A DNA stretch of 64,000 nucleotides from Rhodospirillales bacterium (lineage in GTDB: Bacteria; Pseudomonadota; Alphaproteobacteria; Rhodospirillales; UBA2165): positions 3,283 through 67,282 of the forward strand of contig JAJECC010000071.1 of assembly GCA_022822205.1 (NCBI GenBank), in the 5' to 3' direction. Under the pieces are notes generated by a model. The model was not told the DNA's origin, ran no database searches, and saw only the letters and a list, made by a program, of their open reading frames with translations. Position 1 is the first letter of the stretch. Every line of letters begins with the position of its first letter. Made by a program: the position numbers and the translations under genes. Of the stretch, positions 1-9,880 are shown in pieces.

Positions 1-960
1 GGGCGGGCCGGGTGGAACGTGGTGACCACCGCCAACCCGGACGCGTCGAGGAATTTCGGCCGCGAGGACCACATGGCGCACGCCGAGCGCTACAAGCGGG
101 CGCGGGAGTTCTACGACGTGGTTACCGGGCTGTGGGATTCGTGGGCCGACGATGCGTTCCTCCGCGACCAGGAAAGCGGCATCTTCTTCGATCCGGACAA
201 GCTCCATGTGCTCGACCACCGTGGGGATTACCTCTCGGTCCGGGGGCCCCTGAACATCGGCCGCCCGGTGCAGGGCTGGCCGGTGATCGTCCAGGCGGGC
301 TCCTCCGACGACGGGCGGCAGCTGGCGGCGGAGACCGCCGAGGCGGTGTTCACCTCCCACACGGACCTCGCGGCGGGGCAATCGTTCTACGCCGACATCA
401 AGGGGCGGATGGCCGGGGCCGGGCGCGACCCGGACGGCATCCGCATCCTGCCCGCCTGCCTGGTGATCCTCGGCGACGACCTGGAGGAGGCCAGGGCCAA
501 GCGGGCCAGGCTCGACAGCCTGGTCCACGCCGAGAGCGCCATCGCCTCGCTCTCCATCGCCATCGGCACCGACGCCTCCAGGTTCGATCCCGACGCGCCG
601 CTGCCCTCCGATATCCCCGAAAGCAACGCCAGCAAGTCGGGCCGCGAGCGGGCGCTGCGCATGACCGAGGCCGAAGGGCTCACGGTCCGCCAGCTGGCCC
701 AGCGCCTGGGCGGATTCTCCGGGCTCTGCCTGATGGGCTCGCCCGAAACGGTCGCCGACCAGATGGAGGAATGGCTGGAAACCGAAGGCAGCGACGGGTT
801 CACCATCATGTTCCCCTACGTGCCGGGGGGCGTCGATGAATTCGTCGACCGGCTGGTCCCCGTTCTCCAGGACCGGGGACTGTTCCGGACCGAGTACGAG
901 GGTTCCACCTTGCGGGAAAATCTCGGCCTCCCCCGGCCCGAGAACAGATTTTTTGCCTAG
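1..960 (+). CDS. LLM-class flavin-dependent monooxygenase, NtaA/SnaA/DszA family (5' truncated by window)
   Basis: Frame open from base 1 (GRAGWNVVTT). Family motifs LWDSW, RGPLN, PVIVQAGSS and TLRENLGL. Confidence 0.9.
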   Translation, partial: GRAGWNVVTTANPDASRNFGREDHMAHAERYKRAREFYDVVTGLWDSWADDAFLRDQESGIFFDPDKLHVLDHRGDYLSVRGPLNIGRPVQGWPVIVQAGSSDDGRQLAAETAEAVFTSHTDLAAGQSFYADIKGRMAGAGRDPDGIRILPACLVILGDDLEEARAKRARLDSLVHAESAIASLSIAIGTDASRFDPDAPLPSDIPESNASKSGRERALRMTEAEGLTVRQLAQRLGGFSGLCLMGSPETVADQMEEWLETEGSDGFTIMFPYVPGGVDEFVDRLVPVLQDRGLFRTEYEGSTLRENLGLPRPENRFFA

Positions 961-990
961 ATCGCCGGAGGAAAGATCAACGTTTTCCGA

Positions 991-1008
991 TTGTCAAAAT
1001 ACCGTCAC
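991..1008 (+). promoter_or_regulatory. Candidate Pho box
   Basis: TTGTCAA-AATA-CCGTCAC: two 5/7 matches to CTGTCAT at 11-bp period, about 90 bp upstream of phoX. Confidence 0.6.
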
Positions 1009-1095
1009 CGGCATGAAACATTTCCGGGCTAGGAGTCGCTCCATCGAAACCGATGCAGCGCCGCCGGCACCCTATCGGCGGGATGGGAGTTAAAG

Positions 1096-3012
1096 ATGCC
1101 TGACCACACGATAATTGAATCTGACAAAAGAGAGTTCGACCCGGCCGAGGACGATTTCGACGAGTTCTATTTCCCGCGCCCCGAAGAGACCGACTTCGGC
1201 GCCATCGCTGAGCAGGCGGTTTCCAGGAGGGGTTTCATGCAGGGCACGGCCGCCGCCGGCGCCGCAGCCTTCGTCATGGCGACCACGGCGATGACGCCGC
1301 TGAGCGCGCTCGCCAACGAAAATCGCTTCGGCTTCAAGCCGATACCCGCCAACACACTGGATACGGTGACGGTTCCCAACGGCTATAACTGGCATGTGGT
1401 TGCCGCGTGGGGTGACCCGCTGTGGTCAAAGGGCGCCGAGTTCGACGATGCGACCAAGGGAACCGGCGAGAGCCAGGAGACGGCTTTCGGCGACAACACC
1501 GACGGCATGGCGCTGTTCGTCGATGGCGGACGCTCCATCCTCGCGGTCAACAACGAGTATGTGAACAACAAGATCTTCTATGCTTCCGGCAAAAGCGCCG
1601 GGCCCGACGACGTCCGCAAGTCGAAGGCCGCACACGGCGTGACGGTCATGGAGATTACCGAGGCCGACGGCACGTGGAGCATCGTCAAGGACTCCAAATA
1701 CAACCGCAAGATCACCGCCGATACGCCGATGGAGATCACCGGTCCGGCCCGCGGGCACGAGCTGATGAAGACCAAGGCCGACCCGTCGGGCACCACGGCC
1801 AACGGCACCTGGAACAATTGCGGCAACGGCCGCACGCCGTGGGGCACCTACCTGACCTGCGAGGAGAACTTCAATGGCTACTTCTCCTCCAGCGATGCCA
1901 ACTACCAGCGCTCCGACGAACTCAAGCGCTACGGCGTCAACCTCGAGGACCGGGGCTATGACTGGGCCTCCGTCGATGAGCGGTTCGATATCTCCAAACA
2001 CCCGAACGAGCCCAACCGCTTCGGCTACATCGTCGAGATCGATCCCATGGACCCGACCTCGACGCCGAAGAAGCGGACGGCGCTCGGCCGCTTCAAGCAC
2101 GAGAACGCCGAAGTGGCGCTGGCCGCCAACGGCCGGGTGGTGGTTTATCTCGGCGACGACGAGCGGGGCGAGTATCTCTACAAATTCGTCTCCGAGGGCC
2201 GCTACGTCGAGGGCGGCGACAACGATGACCTCCTGGAGACCGGCAAGCTCTATGCGGCCAAATTCAACAATAGCGGCGCCGGCCAATGGCTCGAGCTGAA
2301 CCCCGAAACCACGGGGCTGAAGAGCCAAGCCGAGATCGCCATCCATACCCGCCAGGCGGCGTCCGCGGTCAAGGCGACGACCATGGACCGGCCGGAATGG
2401 GTGGCCGCCAACCCGCGCAAGGCCGAGGCCTATTGCTGCCTGACCAACAACAAGAACCGGGGCAGGAAGCCCAACGCCGGCGGCGACGCGACCCCGGTCG
2501 GCGGCCCCAATCCGCGGGCGGCCAACAATTACGGCCAGATCGTGCGCTGGGTGCCCGACGGCGGCGATCACCTGTCGGACACGTTCGCCTGGGACCTCTA
2601 CGTGGTCGCCGGCAACCCGGCGGTTCACTCGGACGCCAATGCGGGCTCGAAGAACGTCAACAAGGACAACATGTTCAACTCGCCCGACGGCTTGGCCTTC
2701 GACGCCAACGGCATGCTGTGGATCCAGACCGACGGCAACTACTCCAACGCCAAGGGCTTCGCCGGCATGGGCAACAATCAGATGCTCGTCGGCGATCCGG
2801 CCACCGGGGAAATCCATCGCTTCATGGTCGGCCCCAAGCAGTGCGAGATCACCGGCATCACCTGGAGCGGCGACCGCAAGACGCTGTTCGTCGGGGTTCA
2901 GCATCCCGGGGAGCGCGGACTGGGCAACAGCCACTTCCCCGGCGGCGGCGATACCACGCCCCGCTCGGCCATCGTCGCCGTCTCCAGGGACGACGGCGGC
3001 CTCATCGGGTAA
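1096..3012 (+). CDS. phoX: PhoX-family (DUF839) alkaline phosphatase, Tat-exported
   Basis: SRRGFMQG Tat motif; NCGNGRTPWGTYLTCEENF, GRFKHE, MDRPEW, FNSPDGL and QHPGE motifs. Confidence 0.92.
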   Translation: MPDHTIIESDKREFDPAEDDFDEFYFPRPEETDFGAIAEQAVSRRGFMQGTAAAGAAAFVMATTAMTPLSALANENRFGFKPIPANTLDTVTVPNGYNWHVVAAWGDPLWSKGAEFDDATKGTGESQETAFGDNTDGMALFVDGGRSILAVNNEYVNNKIFYASGKSAGPDDVRKSKAAHGVTVMEITEADGTWSIVKDSKYNRKITADTPMEITGPARGHELMKTKADPSGTTANGTWNNCGNGRTPWGTYLTCEENFNGYFSSSDANYQRSDELKRYGVNLEDRGYDWASVDERFDISKHPNEPNRFGYIVEIDPMDPTSTPKKRTALGRFKHENAEVALAANGRVVVYLGDDERGEYLYKFVSEGRYVEGGDNDDLLETGKLYAAKFNNSGAGQWLELNPETTGLKSQAEIAIHTRQAASAVKATTMDRPEWVAANPRKAEAYCCLTNNKNRGRKPNAGGDATPVGGPNPRAANNYGQIVRWVPDGGDHLSDTFAWDLYVVAGNPAVHSDANAGSKNVNKDNMFNSPDGLAFDANGMLWIQTDGNYSNAKGFAGMGNNQMLVGDPATGEIHRFMVGPKQCEITGITWSGDRKTLFVGVQHPGERGLGNSHFPGGGDTTPRSAIVAVSRDDGGLIG

Positions 3013-3046
3013 TCCCGATGGGAGGCGGGGACGGCGCGGCGCAAAA

Positions 3047-3073
3047 TCCCTCCCTCTCAGAGAGGGAGAGGGA
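3047..3073. terminator. CCCTC/GAGGG palindromic REP-like hairpin between convergent genes
   Basis: tccctct-cag-agaggga stem; related to the hairpin at 25415. Confidence 0.5.
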
Positions 3074-3091
3074 GGAGCGGCGTCTCGACGC

Positions 3092-3937
3092 TTAGCGGAA
3101 ATCGAACACGGGATAGGCGTCCCCCGACAGCACCGCGCCGGGGGTTTGCGGCGAGGGCCCTTCGCCGACCGCCTCGCGCAAAACCGGCTGGGTCTCGGGG
3201 CGGGGATCGAACGTCGCCTCGCCGCCGATCCACCGGATGGCGAGCCCGCGGCGGCGGATGTCGGCGGCGTTCTCCGGCGCGCCGTGCACCCCCATGACGT
3301 GGTGGGCGACCAGATCGCCCGGCTCCAGGTCCCAGCTCCGGATGTCGTAATCCTCCCGGTGGCCGTCGATGTCGGGCAGCTTCTCGATCCCGTCATGGCC
3401 CGAAAACCGGTCGTCGAAGTTGAACGATTCGGGCACGTAGTACTTGCCCCACCTGTGGGAGCCGGCGACGTATTCGACCGCGCCGGACCTGATGGTCACG
3501 GGATCGAGCGCGATCCACGTCGAGCAGATATTGTCGGCCCCGTCGCCGGCGAGCGGGTAGTAGAGCCGGTCCTGGTGCCAGGGCGTCTTGTTGGCGCCGC
3601 CCGGCTCCTTGGTCAGCAGGAAGTCGTAGAACAATTGCACCCGGCCCGTCCCCATGAGCCGGGCCGCCACCGCGGCGATTGGGGATTCGAAGATGAACTC
3701 CCTGAACTCGCCGCGCCGCCGCCACAAATACTGGCCGCCGTAAAACTCCCCGCCATCGGTGGTCAGGTCGGTGTCGTAGGGCCCCGGGTTCCGCTGCGCC
3801 CAGTCGGCGGCGGGCCGCAGTTTCTCAACCCAGTCCATGGAGATGGCGCCGCGCACGCAGGCGACGCCGGCTTCGTCATATTCGGCGACATCGGCATCCG
3901 AGATGGGCAGGTCGCCGGGTTTGAACGCGCCGTCCAA
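3092..3937 (-). CDS. Phytanoyl-CoA dioxygenase (PhyH)-family Fe(II)/2-oxoglutarate dioxygenase
   Basis: TPWHQD, WIALD, VAGSHRW and distal VHGA His. TTG start 2 bp after the stop of the upstream gene; the ORF-track extension to 4813 is a shadow. Confidence 0.85.
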   Translation of the reverse strand: MDGAFKPGDLPISDADVAEYDEAGVACVRGAISMDWVEKLRPAADWAQRNPGPYDTDLTTDGGEFYGGQYLWRRRGEFREFIFESPIAAVAARLMGTGRVQLFYDFLLTKEPGGANKTPWHQDRLYYPLAGDGADNICSTWIALDPVTIRSGAVEYVAGSHRWGKYYVPESFNFDDRFSGHDGIEKLPDIDGHREDYDIRSWDLEPGDLVAHHVMGVHGAPENAADIRRRGLAIRWIGGEATFDPRPETQPVLREAVGEGPSPQTPGAVLSGDAYPVFDFR

Positions 3938-3939
3938 GG

Positions 3940-6015
3940 TTAGGCCTTCTCCACCTGGCAGAGGGACGACTTGAAGCTCGGATAGCCCGAGACGGGATCG
4001 AGATTGTCGTCCGGATAGAGCGAGTTGATGTTGGCCTCGCGCCAGCCGTGGGGCGCGTGGACCACGCCGTCCAGGATGATGTCGGTCACCCAGGCCTTCA
4101 TCCCGATCGCGTTGACCGGCGACGAGATCACCACGTCGTCGCCGTCCGAGATGCCCCGCGCCGCCGCATCCTTGGGGTTCATCTGAATCCGCGGATGGGG
4201 CTCGCGCTTGCGCAGGGTCTCCAGGTTGCGGCCCTGGGAATGGGTGAAGTTGTTGCTTCGCCCGCCCGACGTCAGCACCAGGGGATAGTCCTTCGCCACC
4301 TCGGGCGCGCTCACCGGCGACCACTTGGGCTCGCGGTAGACGGGCAGGGCGTCCTGGCCGATCCCGGCGAGCTCGGTCGAGGAGAACTCCACCTTGCCGG
4401 TCGGGGTCTTGAAGCCGACGTCCTCGTATTCCCGCTCCCGGCGTTCGTCCAGCTGTTCGTTCATGCTCTTGCCGTTCTTGGGCAGGTCGTCGAAGCCCAT
4501 GGTGAGCGGCGTCATCCGTTCGGCGTAGCTGGCGTGAATGTCGCCGCCCCAGAACTGATCGCCGTGGCCCAGGGCGGCCGCGAGATCGAACAGCATCTCC
4601 GTATCGCCGTGGGCCGCGCCCCGCGGGCTGACCGCCGCCGGGCGGTACTGCACCCGGCCGCCCAGCGTGGTCACCAGGTCCTGGCGCTCCAGGTGGGTGG
4701 CCGTGGGCAGGAACACCGAGGCCGCGTCGACCGTCGGCGTATCGAAGAAGTCGGCGACCAGGAACACGTCCAGGGTCCTGAGCGCCTTCTCGAGCCGGTT
4801 GGAGTTGGGCCACATCATCAGGTTGGTGCCCATGGCGACCACGCCCTTGATCTTGCCCTGCTCGATGCTCTCGGCCAGCAGCATCGCCTGGCCTTCGTTG
4901 TAGTGATCGACGAAGAGCGGGAACCGCTCATGGCCCATCCGCTTGCCGGGCGCGTTCTCGACGCCGCCGCCGGCGGCGACGCCTTTCTGCTTCAGGCGTT
5001 CCGGCCACGGCCGGTTGCCGCCCTTGACGTCGAGGTTGCCGGTGAGCGCCGACAGCAGCATCACCGCCCGGTGGGTCTGCAGGCCGTTGGTGTGCTGGAC
5101 CAGCGCCTCCTGGGAAATGGTGATCTGCGCCGGCTTGGACGTCGCGTAGAGCCTGGCCGCGGCGGCGATCTTCTCCGCCGGGACCCGGGTGATTTCCTCG
5201 ACCCGCTCGGGCGTGAAGTCCTTTACGTATTCCCGGTACTCGTCGAAGCCGTGGGCGTGCCGGTCGAGGAAGTCCCGGTCCTCCAATCCCTCGTTCAGGA
5301 TCACGTGCGCCCAGCCGAGGGCCAGCGCGCCGTCCGTGCCGGGGCGCGGCTGGAGATGAATCTCGGCCGCCTCGGCGATGGAGGTGCGGCGGGGATCGAC
5401 GACGATCACCGGCACCTTGCCGGCCTCGGCGAGCAGGTAATGCCGGCTGTAGGGGATCAGGCTGTCCTTGGGGTTGTTGGACCACACCACCCGGCACCTG
5501 GCCTCTTCGTGGCGCATGCGGCCGGCCTGGAAGAAGTGGTTGTAGTCCTCGCCGAAGGTGAGTTCGGAGGCGACGAACGTGGCCCCGAAGCAGCAGCTGC
5601 TCTCGGTGATGTAGTGGGGGGAGCCGAAGGCGTTGGCGATGCGCCGCATGTAGGGCCGGGATTCCTTGGTGTAGCCGACCACGAAGGCGACCTTGTCGGC
5701 GCCGTCGTTCCTGCGGATGGCGTCGAGCCGCCCGGCCGCGTCGGCGATGGCGTCGTCCCAGTTGACCATCCGCCAGTCGTCCTCGGCGCGGTCCCGGATC
5801 ATGGCGTGGACCAGCCGCTTATCGCTTTCCCGCTGCTCCAGCATGGCGGTCGCCCGGACGCATTCGGGGTGCGAGATATCGAGGATCTCGTCCCCCTGGC
5901 TCACCACCGTGATCGGACAGTTGGTGGTGCACATGTAGCAGGTGGAGTAGGTGGTCTTGGTCTCGTTCAGACCCTCGGCCGCGGGCCGTGCGACGACATC
6001 ATCCATGGTCTTCAA
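3940..6015 (-). CDS. Molybdopterin (Mo/W-bisPGD) oxidoreductase catalytic subunit, acetylene-hydratase-like, no signal peptide
   Basis: CYMCTTNC...C Fe-S motif, VIVVDPRRT, PRPGTDGAL, TPTGKVE, C-terminal dinucleotide-binding domain. Confidence 0.88.
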   Translation of the reverse strand: MKTMDDVVARPAAEGLNETKTTYSTCYMCTTNCPITVVSQGDEILDISHPECVRATAMLEQRESDKRLVHAMIRDRAEDDWRMVNWDDAIADAAGRLDAIRRNDGADKVAFVVGYTKESRPYMRRIANAFGSPHYITESSCCFGATFVASELTFGEDYNHFFQAGRMRHEEARCRVVWSNNPKDSLIPYSRHYLLAEAGKVPVIVVDPRRTSIAEAAEIHLQPRPGTDGALALGWAHVILNEGLEDRDFLDRHAHGFDEYREYVKDFTPERVEEITRVPAEKIAAAARLYATSKPAQITISQEALVQHTNGLQTHRAVMLLSALTGNLDVKGGNRPWPERLKQKGVAAGGGVENAPGKRMGHERFPLFVDHYNEGQAMLLAESIEQGKIKGVVAMGTNLMMWPNSNRLEKALRTLDVFLVADFFDTPTVDAASVFLPTATHLERQDLVTTLGGRVQYRPAAVSPRGAAHGDTEMLFDLAAALGHGDQFWGGDIHASYAERMTPLTMGFDDLPKNGKSMNEQLDERREREYEDVGFKTPTGKVEFSSTELAGIGQDALPVYREPKWSPVSAPEVAKDYPLVLTSGGRSNNFTHSQGRNLETLRKREPHPRIQMNPKDAAARGISDGDDVVISSPVNAIGMKAWVTDIILDGVVHAPHGWREANINSLYPDDNLDPVSGYPSFKSSLCQVEKA

Positions 6016-6231
6016 TCCCCCCGGAAACCCGGTCGCTCGAATGTGGAGTCAACAGTGCCGAATTACGGCGTCTGACTGTGAAGCCCGAGTTGACCATATC
6101 GTTGCAAATGCATCAAGTTCGGCGCGTTTGTCGGAATAGATATTTCTCTCGCCTCTCTCTGGCCTCGAAACGCCGAACAGGCGCTCAGGGCGCCCGTTCA
6201 ACAGAAAAAATTTTATTGCGCAAACGATGGG

Positions 6232-6271
6232 CGGTCCCCGCCTACATTGCGCTGAACACCCGCGGCGTCGC
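6232..6271 (-). repeat. Copy 3 of the dienelactone hydrolase 3'-end repeat
   Basis: cggtccccgcctacattgcgctgaacacccgcggcgtcgc; reads ATPRVFSAM* on the minus strand versus ATLRVFSGM* in the gene. Confidence 0.8.
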
Positions 6272-6390
6272 ATCGTGCGGGCTCGCGCGTAAGGGGAATC
6301 ATGCTCCGCGCGTGACCGCGCGGGTGTTGGCAGGAATGTCGAAGTGCCGAAATCCCAATATCTCCTTCCTTCGGCAAAATCCTCTTCCGG

Positions 6391-6806
6391 CTAAACTGCC
6401 GAAGCCGTACCGGCCTCGGAGGATTGCGCCGCGGCGGCGAGGGCCCGGTCCAGCGTCGCCAACGGCAGGCGCAGGCGCAGGGCGAGTTCAAGATAGACGG
6501 CATCGTAGACGGACAGGCCGTACTCATCGGCGAGAGCGAGCGCGTCCCCCCAAACGCGGGATGTCGATACCGGGTCGATCTCAATGGGCAACGCTTCCAG
6601 ACTGGCGCAGATGCCGGGCCATTCGTCCGCGCGCAGCCGGCCCCGTTTGGTGGCGGCCAACAATACGCTGCCGACCTCGACCGGCCAGAGGGAGGGCACG
6701 AACGCGCGCCCGCCGACGAGGGAATCCCGCAAGCGATCCGTCTCCTCGGAAGCCTCGTCGGGAAACACCCATGCCATGGTTACCGAGCAATCGAGGACGA
6801 AGGCCA

Positions 6807-6807
<1 letters not shown>
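6391..6807 (-). CDS. vapC: VapC (PIN domain) toxin
   Basis: FVLDCS, E(VGS), YDAVY and LATLD acidic PIN residues; overlaps the antitoxin stop. Confidence 0.9.
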
Positions 6808-7061
<254 letters not shown>

Positions 7062-7076
7062 TCAGGTTAATCCCTC

Positions 7077-7218
7077 AAATTAAACCAGTCTTAGACTGGT
7101 CTAAACATCATGCGGTGTCAAGCGGAAGAGAATTCGGCGGAAGCGCGCCGCCACCGGGAAGCGCGGTCGAAATCCGGTCCCCCTACATCCCGCTGAACAC
7201 CCCGAGCGTCGCGGCCCG
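7077..7218 (-). repeat. Copy 2 of the hydrolase 3' end plus downstream promoter block
   Basis: 7077-7125 matches 9131-9179 at 40/49 ungapped; 7168-7218 matches 9181-9235; reads RAATLGVFSGM*. Confidence 0.85.
7084..7104. promoter_or_regulatory. Candidate TA operator (overlapping palindromes)
   Basis: ACCAGTCT-T-AGACTGGT and TTAGAC-TG-GTCTAA, about 35-55 bp upstream of the antitoxin. Confidence 0.6.
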
Positions 7219-7314
7219 CTGCGCGCATGTGGTCGGACGGCAGGCGGGGCGACGTGACATGGAGGCGATCCGGGCTCCGCCCGACGCCGGAGCCAACCGG
7301 ATCGATGCCGGGCC

Positions 7315-9162
7315 TTATCGGCTGGCCCTCGCCTTGTCCGGGTCTTCCCACCAGGTTTCGACCAGAATCCCGTAGAGGGGCGTGACGCCGGGCCGGCCGA
7401 ACCTGTCCCAATAGGCGACCCTGTCGCCCTCCAGATGATAGAGGGGAATGAAGTAGTGTCCCCATAGCAGCACCCTGTCCATGGCGCGGACGATGTCGAC
7501 GAATTCATCTCGGTCGCGCGCCTCGGTCATGAGGCCGATCAGCCTGTCGACGGCCGGGTTCCGTATCCCGGGATAGTTGCGCGTCCCCTCCTGCCCGGCC
7601 GCCTGGGCGCCCCAGTAGAACGCCTGCTCGTTCCCCGGGGACAGGGACATGCCCCAGCGGTAGACGATCATGTCGAAGTCGTAGTCGGTCAGCCTGTATT
7701 GATACTGCGACGTGTCGACGGTGCGGACCCGCGCCTCGACGCCCAGGCGCTTGAGGCCGCGGGCGAAGGTGAGGGCGATCTTCTCGTGCGCCGGATTCAC
7801 CAGCAGGATCTCGAACGCCATGGGCAATCCGTCCTTGGCCCGGCGCAGCGATCCGTCCCGCACTTCCCAACCCGCCTCGGCCAGCAAACGCTTTGCCGCC
7901 CGGAGGTTCGCCCGGGCGCCGCCGCCGGCCCCCGGCGGCCGGTACGGCGCTTCGAACACCTCGCGGGGCAGTTCCCGCCGGAAAGGCTCCAGAAGGCCGC
8001 GTTCACGGGCCTGGGGCACGCCGCCGGAGCCGAGTTCCGAGTTGTCGAAGATGCTGCCCGTGCGTTTGTAGGCGCCGTGCAGCAGCGTCTTGTTGATCCA
8101 GGCGAAGTCGAACGCATGCGCGAGCGCGTACCGGACCCGGCGGTCGGCGAACATCTCCCGCCGCGTGTTGAAAACCAGGGCGGACAGGCCCGAGGGCCGG
8201 CCGTGCGGCAGCCGTTCCAGCTTCACCCGGCCGTCCGCGACCGCCGGAAAGTCGTACGCGGTCGCCCAACGCTTGCCGGAAATCTCCAGCCGAAGGTCGT
8301 ACTCGCCGGCTTTGAAGGCCTCCATCATCACGTTGCCGTCGCGGTAGTAGTCGTAGCGGACGCGGTCGAAGTTGTGCTGCCCCCGGTTGATGGGCAGGTT
8401 CCGCCCCCAATAGTCGGGGTCGCGGCGATAGGTGATGCCGCGGCCCGGGTCCACGCTTTCGACGCGATAGGGGCCGGAGCCGACCGGCGGAACGAGGGTC
8501 GTCCGCTCGAACTCCACCGATTCGTAGTAGGACTTGGACAGGATCGGCATCAATCCCATGATCAGGGGCAGTTCGCGGTCCGGCGACGCGGCGTCGAAGA
8601 CGAACCGGATCGAGCGCGCGCCGGGCCGCTCGATGCGCCGGACCTGCCGGTAATACAGCCGGTGATTGGGCCGGCCGCGGTCCTTGAGGGTCTCCCAGGA
8701 GAAGACGACATCGTCCACGGTGACCGGCCGGCCGTCATGAAAGCGCGCTTCCGGCCTCAACACGAACGTGACGGACGAACGGTCGTCCGGCACCTCGATG
8801 GACTCGGCGATCAGGCCGTAGAGCGAGAACGGCTCGTCCCACGTCCGCTTCAGAAGGCTCTCGAAGACCAGGTGGCGTCCGCGCGCCGGCACGCCCTTGA
8901 TGATGAAGGGGTTGAGGCTGTCGAAGGTCCCGGTCACCGCGCGCCGAAGCTCGCCGCCCTTCGGCGCGTCGGGATTCACGTAGTCGAGATGGCGGAACCC
9001 GGATTCGTATTTGGGTTTCCCATGCATGGCGATGCCGTGGCTCTCAGCCGCCGCGGGATGCGCGCCGCCCGCGGCCAGAACCGCGACGAGCCAGACGAGC
9101 GCCGGCGCCGGCCGCCTCGGCGGACAATCAAAATTAAGCCAATTGCTGACTGGTCTAAACAA
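7315..9162 (-). CDS. YejA-like extracellular solute-binding protein (family 5), no permease adjacent
   Basis: HGIAMHGKPKY, YVNPDAPKGG, GTFDSLNP and RDGNV motifs. The only start that retains the signal peptide is TTG 9162. Confidence 0.85.
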   Translation of the reverse strand: MFRPVSNWLNFDCPPRRPAPALVWLVAVLAAGGAHPAAAESHGIAMHGKPKYESGFRHLDYVNPDAPKGGELRRAVTGTFDSLNPFIIKGVPARGRHLVFESLLKRTWDEPFSLYGLIAESIEVPDDRSSVTFVLRPEARFHDGRPVTVDDVVFSWETLKDRGRPNHRLYYRQVRRIERPGARSIRFVFDAASPDRELPLIMGLMPILSKSYYESVEFERTTLVPPVGSGPYRVESVDPGRGITYRRDPDYWGRNLPINRGQHNFDRVRYDYYRDGNVMMEAFKAGEYDLRLEISGKRWATAYDFPAVADGRVKLERLPHGRPSGLSALVFNTRREMFADRRVRYALAHAFDFAWINKTLLHGAYKRTGSIFDNSELGSGGVPQARERGLLEPFRRELPREVFEAPYRPPGAGGGARANLRAAKRLLAEAGWEVRDGSLRRAKDGLPMAFEILLVNPAHEKIALTFARGLKRLGVEARVRTVDTSQYQYRLTDYDFDMIVYRWGMSLSPGNEQAFYWGAQAAGQEGTRNYPGIRNPAVDRLIGLMTEARDRDEFVDIVRAMDRVLLWGHYFIPLYHLEGDRVAYWDRFGRPGVTPLYGILVETWWEDPDKARASR

Positions 9163-9235
9163 CGTGCGGTGCCAAGCGGCCGAAATCCGATCCAGCCCCC
9201 TACATGCCGCTGAACACCCGGAGCGTCGCCGCCCG
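9131..9235 (-). repeat. Copy 1: in-gene hydrolase 3' end plus downstream block
   Basis: Aligns with 7077-7218 and 6232-6271. Confidence 0.85.
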
Positions 9236-9880
9236 CGAAGCCTTGTGGGCGGCCTCCTGGTAGCCCGGTTTCGTGGGCATGGCGAAGTTGTGCTCGGCCC
9301 CCGGATGGACGACGATCTCGGCGTTGTCGTGGGAGGCGTAGGAGGCGATGATTTTTTCCACGCTCTCCATCGACGTCGCCGGGTCCTGGTCGCCGAAGTG
9401 GAAGGTCACCGGACATTTGACGTTGGGGGTTTCGTCCAGGTGCTCCTCGATCTTGGTGCCGTGATAGGACGCGGCGGCGTCGACGCCGAGGCGGGCCGCC
9501 GACAGGTGCGCATAGCGCCCGCCGAAGCAGTAGCCGATGACGCCGACCTTGCCGTTGCACTCGGCCCGGCCCTTGAGGTCGCCGATGTAGTCCTCGATAT
9601 CGAGCATGCCCTGCACCGGATCGAACTTCTCGTAGCGGCCGAAGGCCACCTCCATTTCCGCCGTCGGTCCCGGCAGGACCCGCCAGAAGACGTCGGGGAC
9701 CAGGACGACGAACCCGTCGTCGGCCCAGCCGTCGGCGATGTCCATCATCTCCCGGTCCGTGCCGAAGATGGCGGTGATGAGCAGAATGCCCGGAAACGGG
9801 CCGTCCCCCTCGGGCCGCGACAGATAGGCGTCGAGTTCCTCGCCGCCGCGGGTCTTCAGTTTGAATTCGCTGCTGGGCAT
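9200..9880 (-). CDS. Dienelactone hydrolase family protein
   Basis: GYCFGG nucleophile, HFGDQD, HNF His. Has TAIFG where the family usually has (Q/E)IFG. Confidence 0.88.
   Translation of the reverse strand: MPSSEFKLKTRGGEELDAYLSRPEGDGPFPGILLITAIFGTDREMMDIADGWADDGFVVLVPDVFWRVLPGPTAEMEVAFGRYEKFDPVQGMLDIEDYIGDLKGRAECNGKVGVIGYCFGGRYAHLSAARLGVDAAASYHGTKIEEHLDETPNVKCPVTFHFGDQDPATSMESVEKIIASYASHDNAEIVVHPGAEHNFAMPTKPGYQEAAHKASRAATLRVFSGM

Noticed and set aside
1426-3396. Long antisense ORFs (also 4048-6075, 7699-9213, 16415-18085, 43257-45596, 45934-48045, 46083-48371, 54371-56179)
   Set aside because: They mirror or shadow well-supported genes and have no recognisable motifs.
3938-4813. In-frame 5' extension of the PhyH ORF through the Mo-enzyme gene (possible fusion or frameshift)
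   Set aside because: The extension is Arg/Gly/Pro-rich shadow sequence, there is a TTG start right after the upstream stop, and I saw no slippery site.
6103-6117. FNR-like site upstream of the Mo enzyme (TTGCAAATGCATCAA)
   Set aside because: Only one good half-site, and the spacing is wrong.
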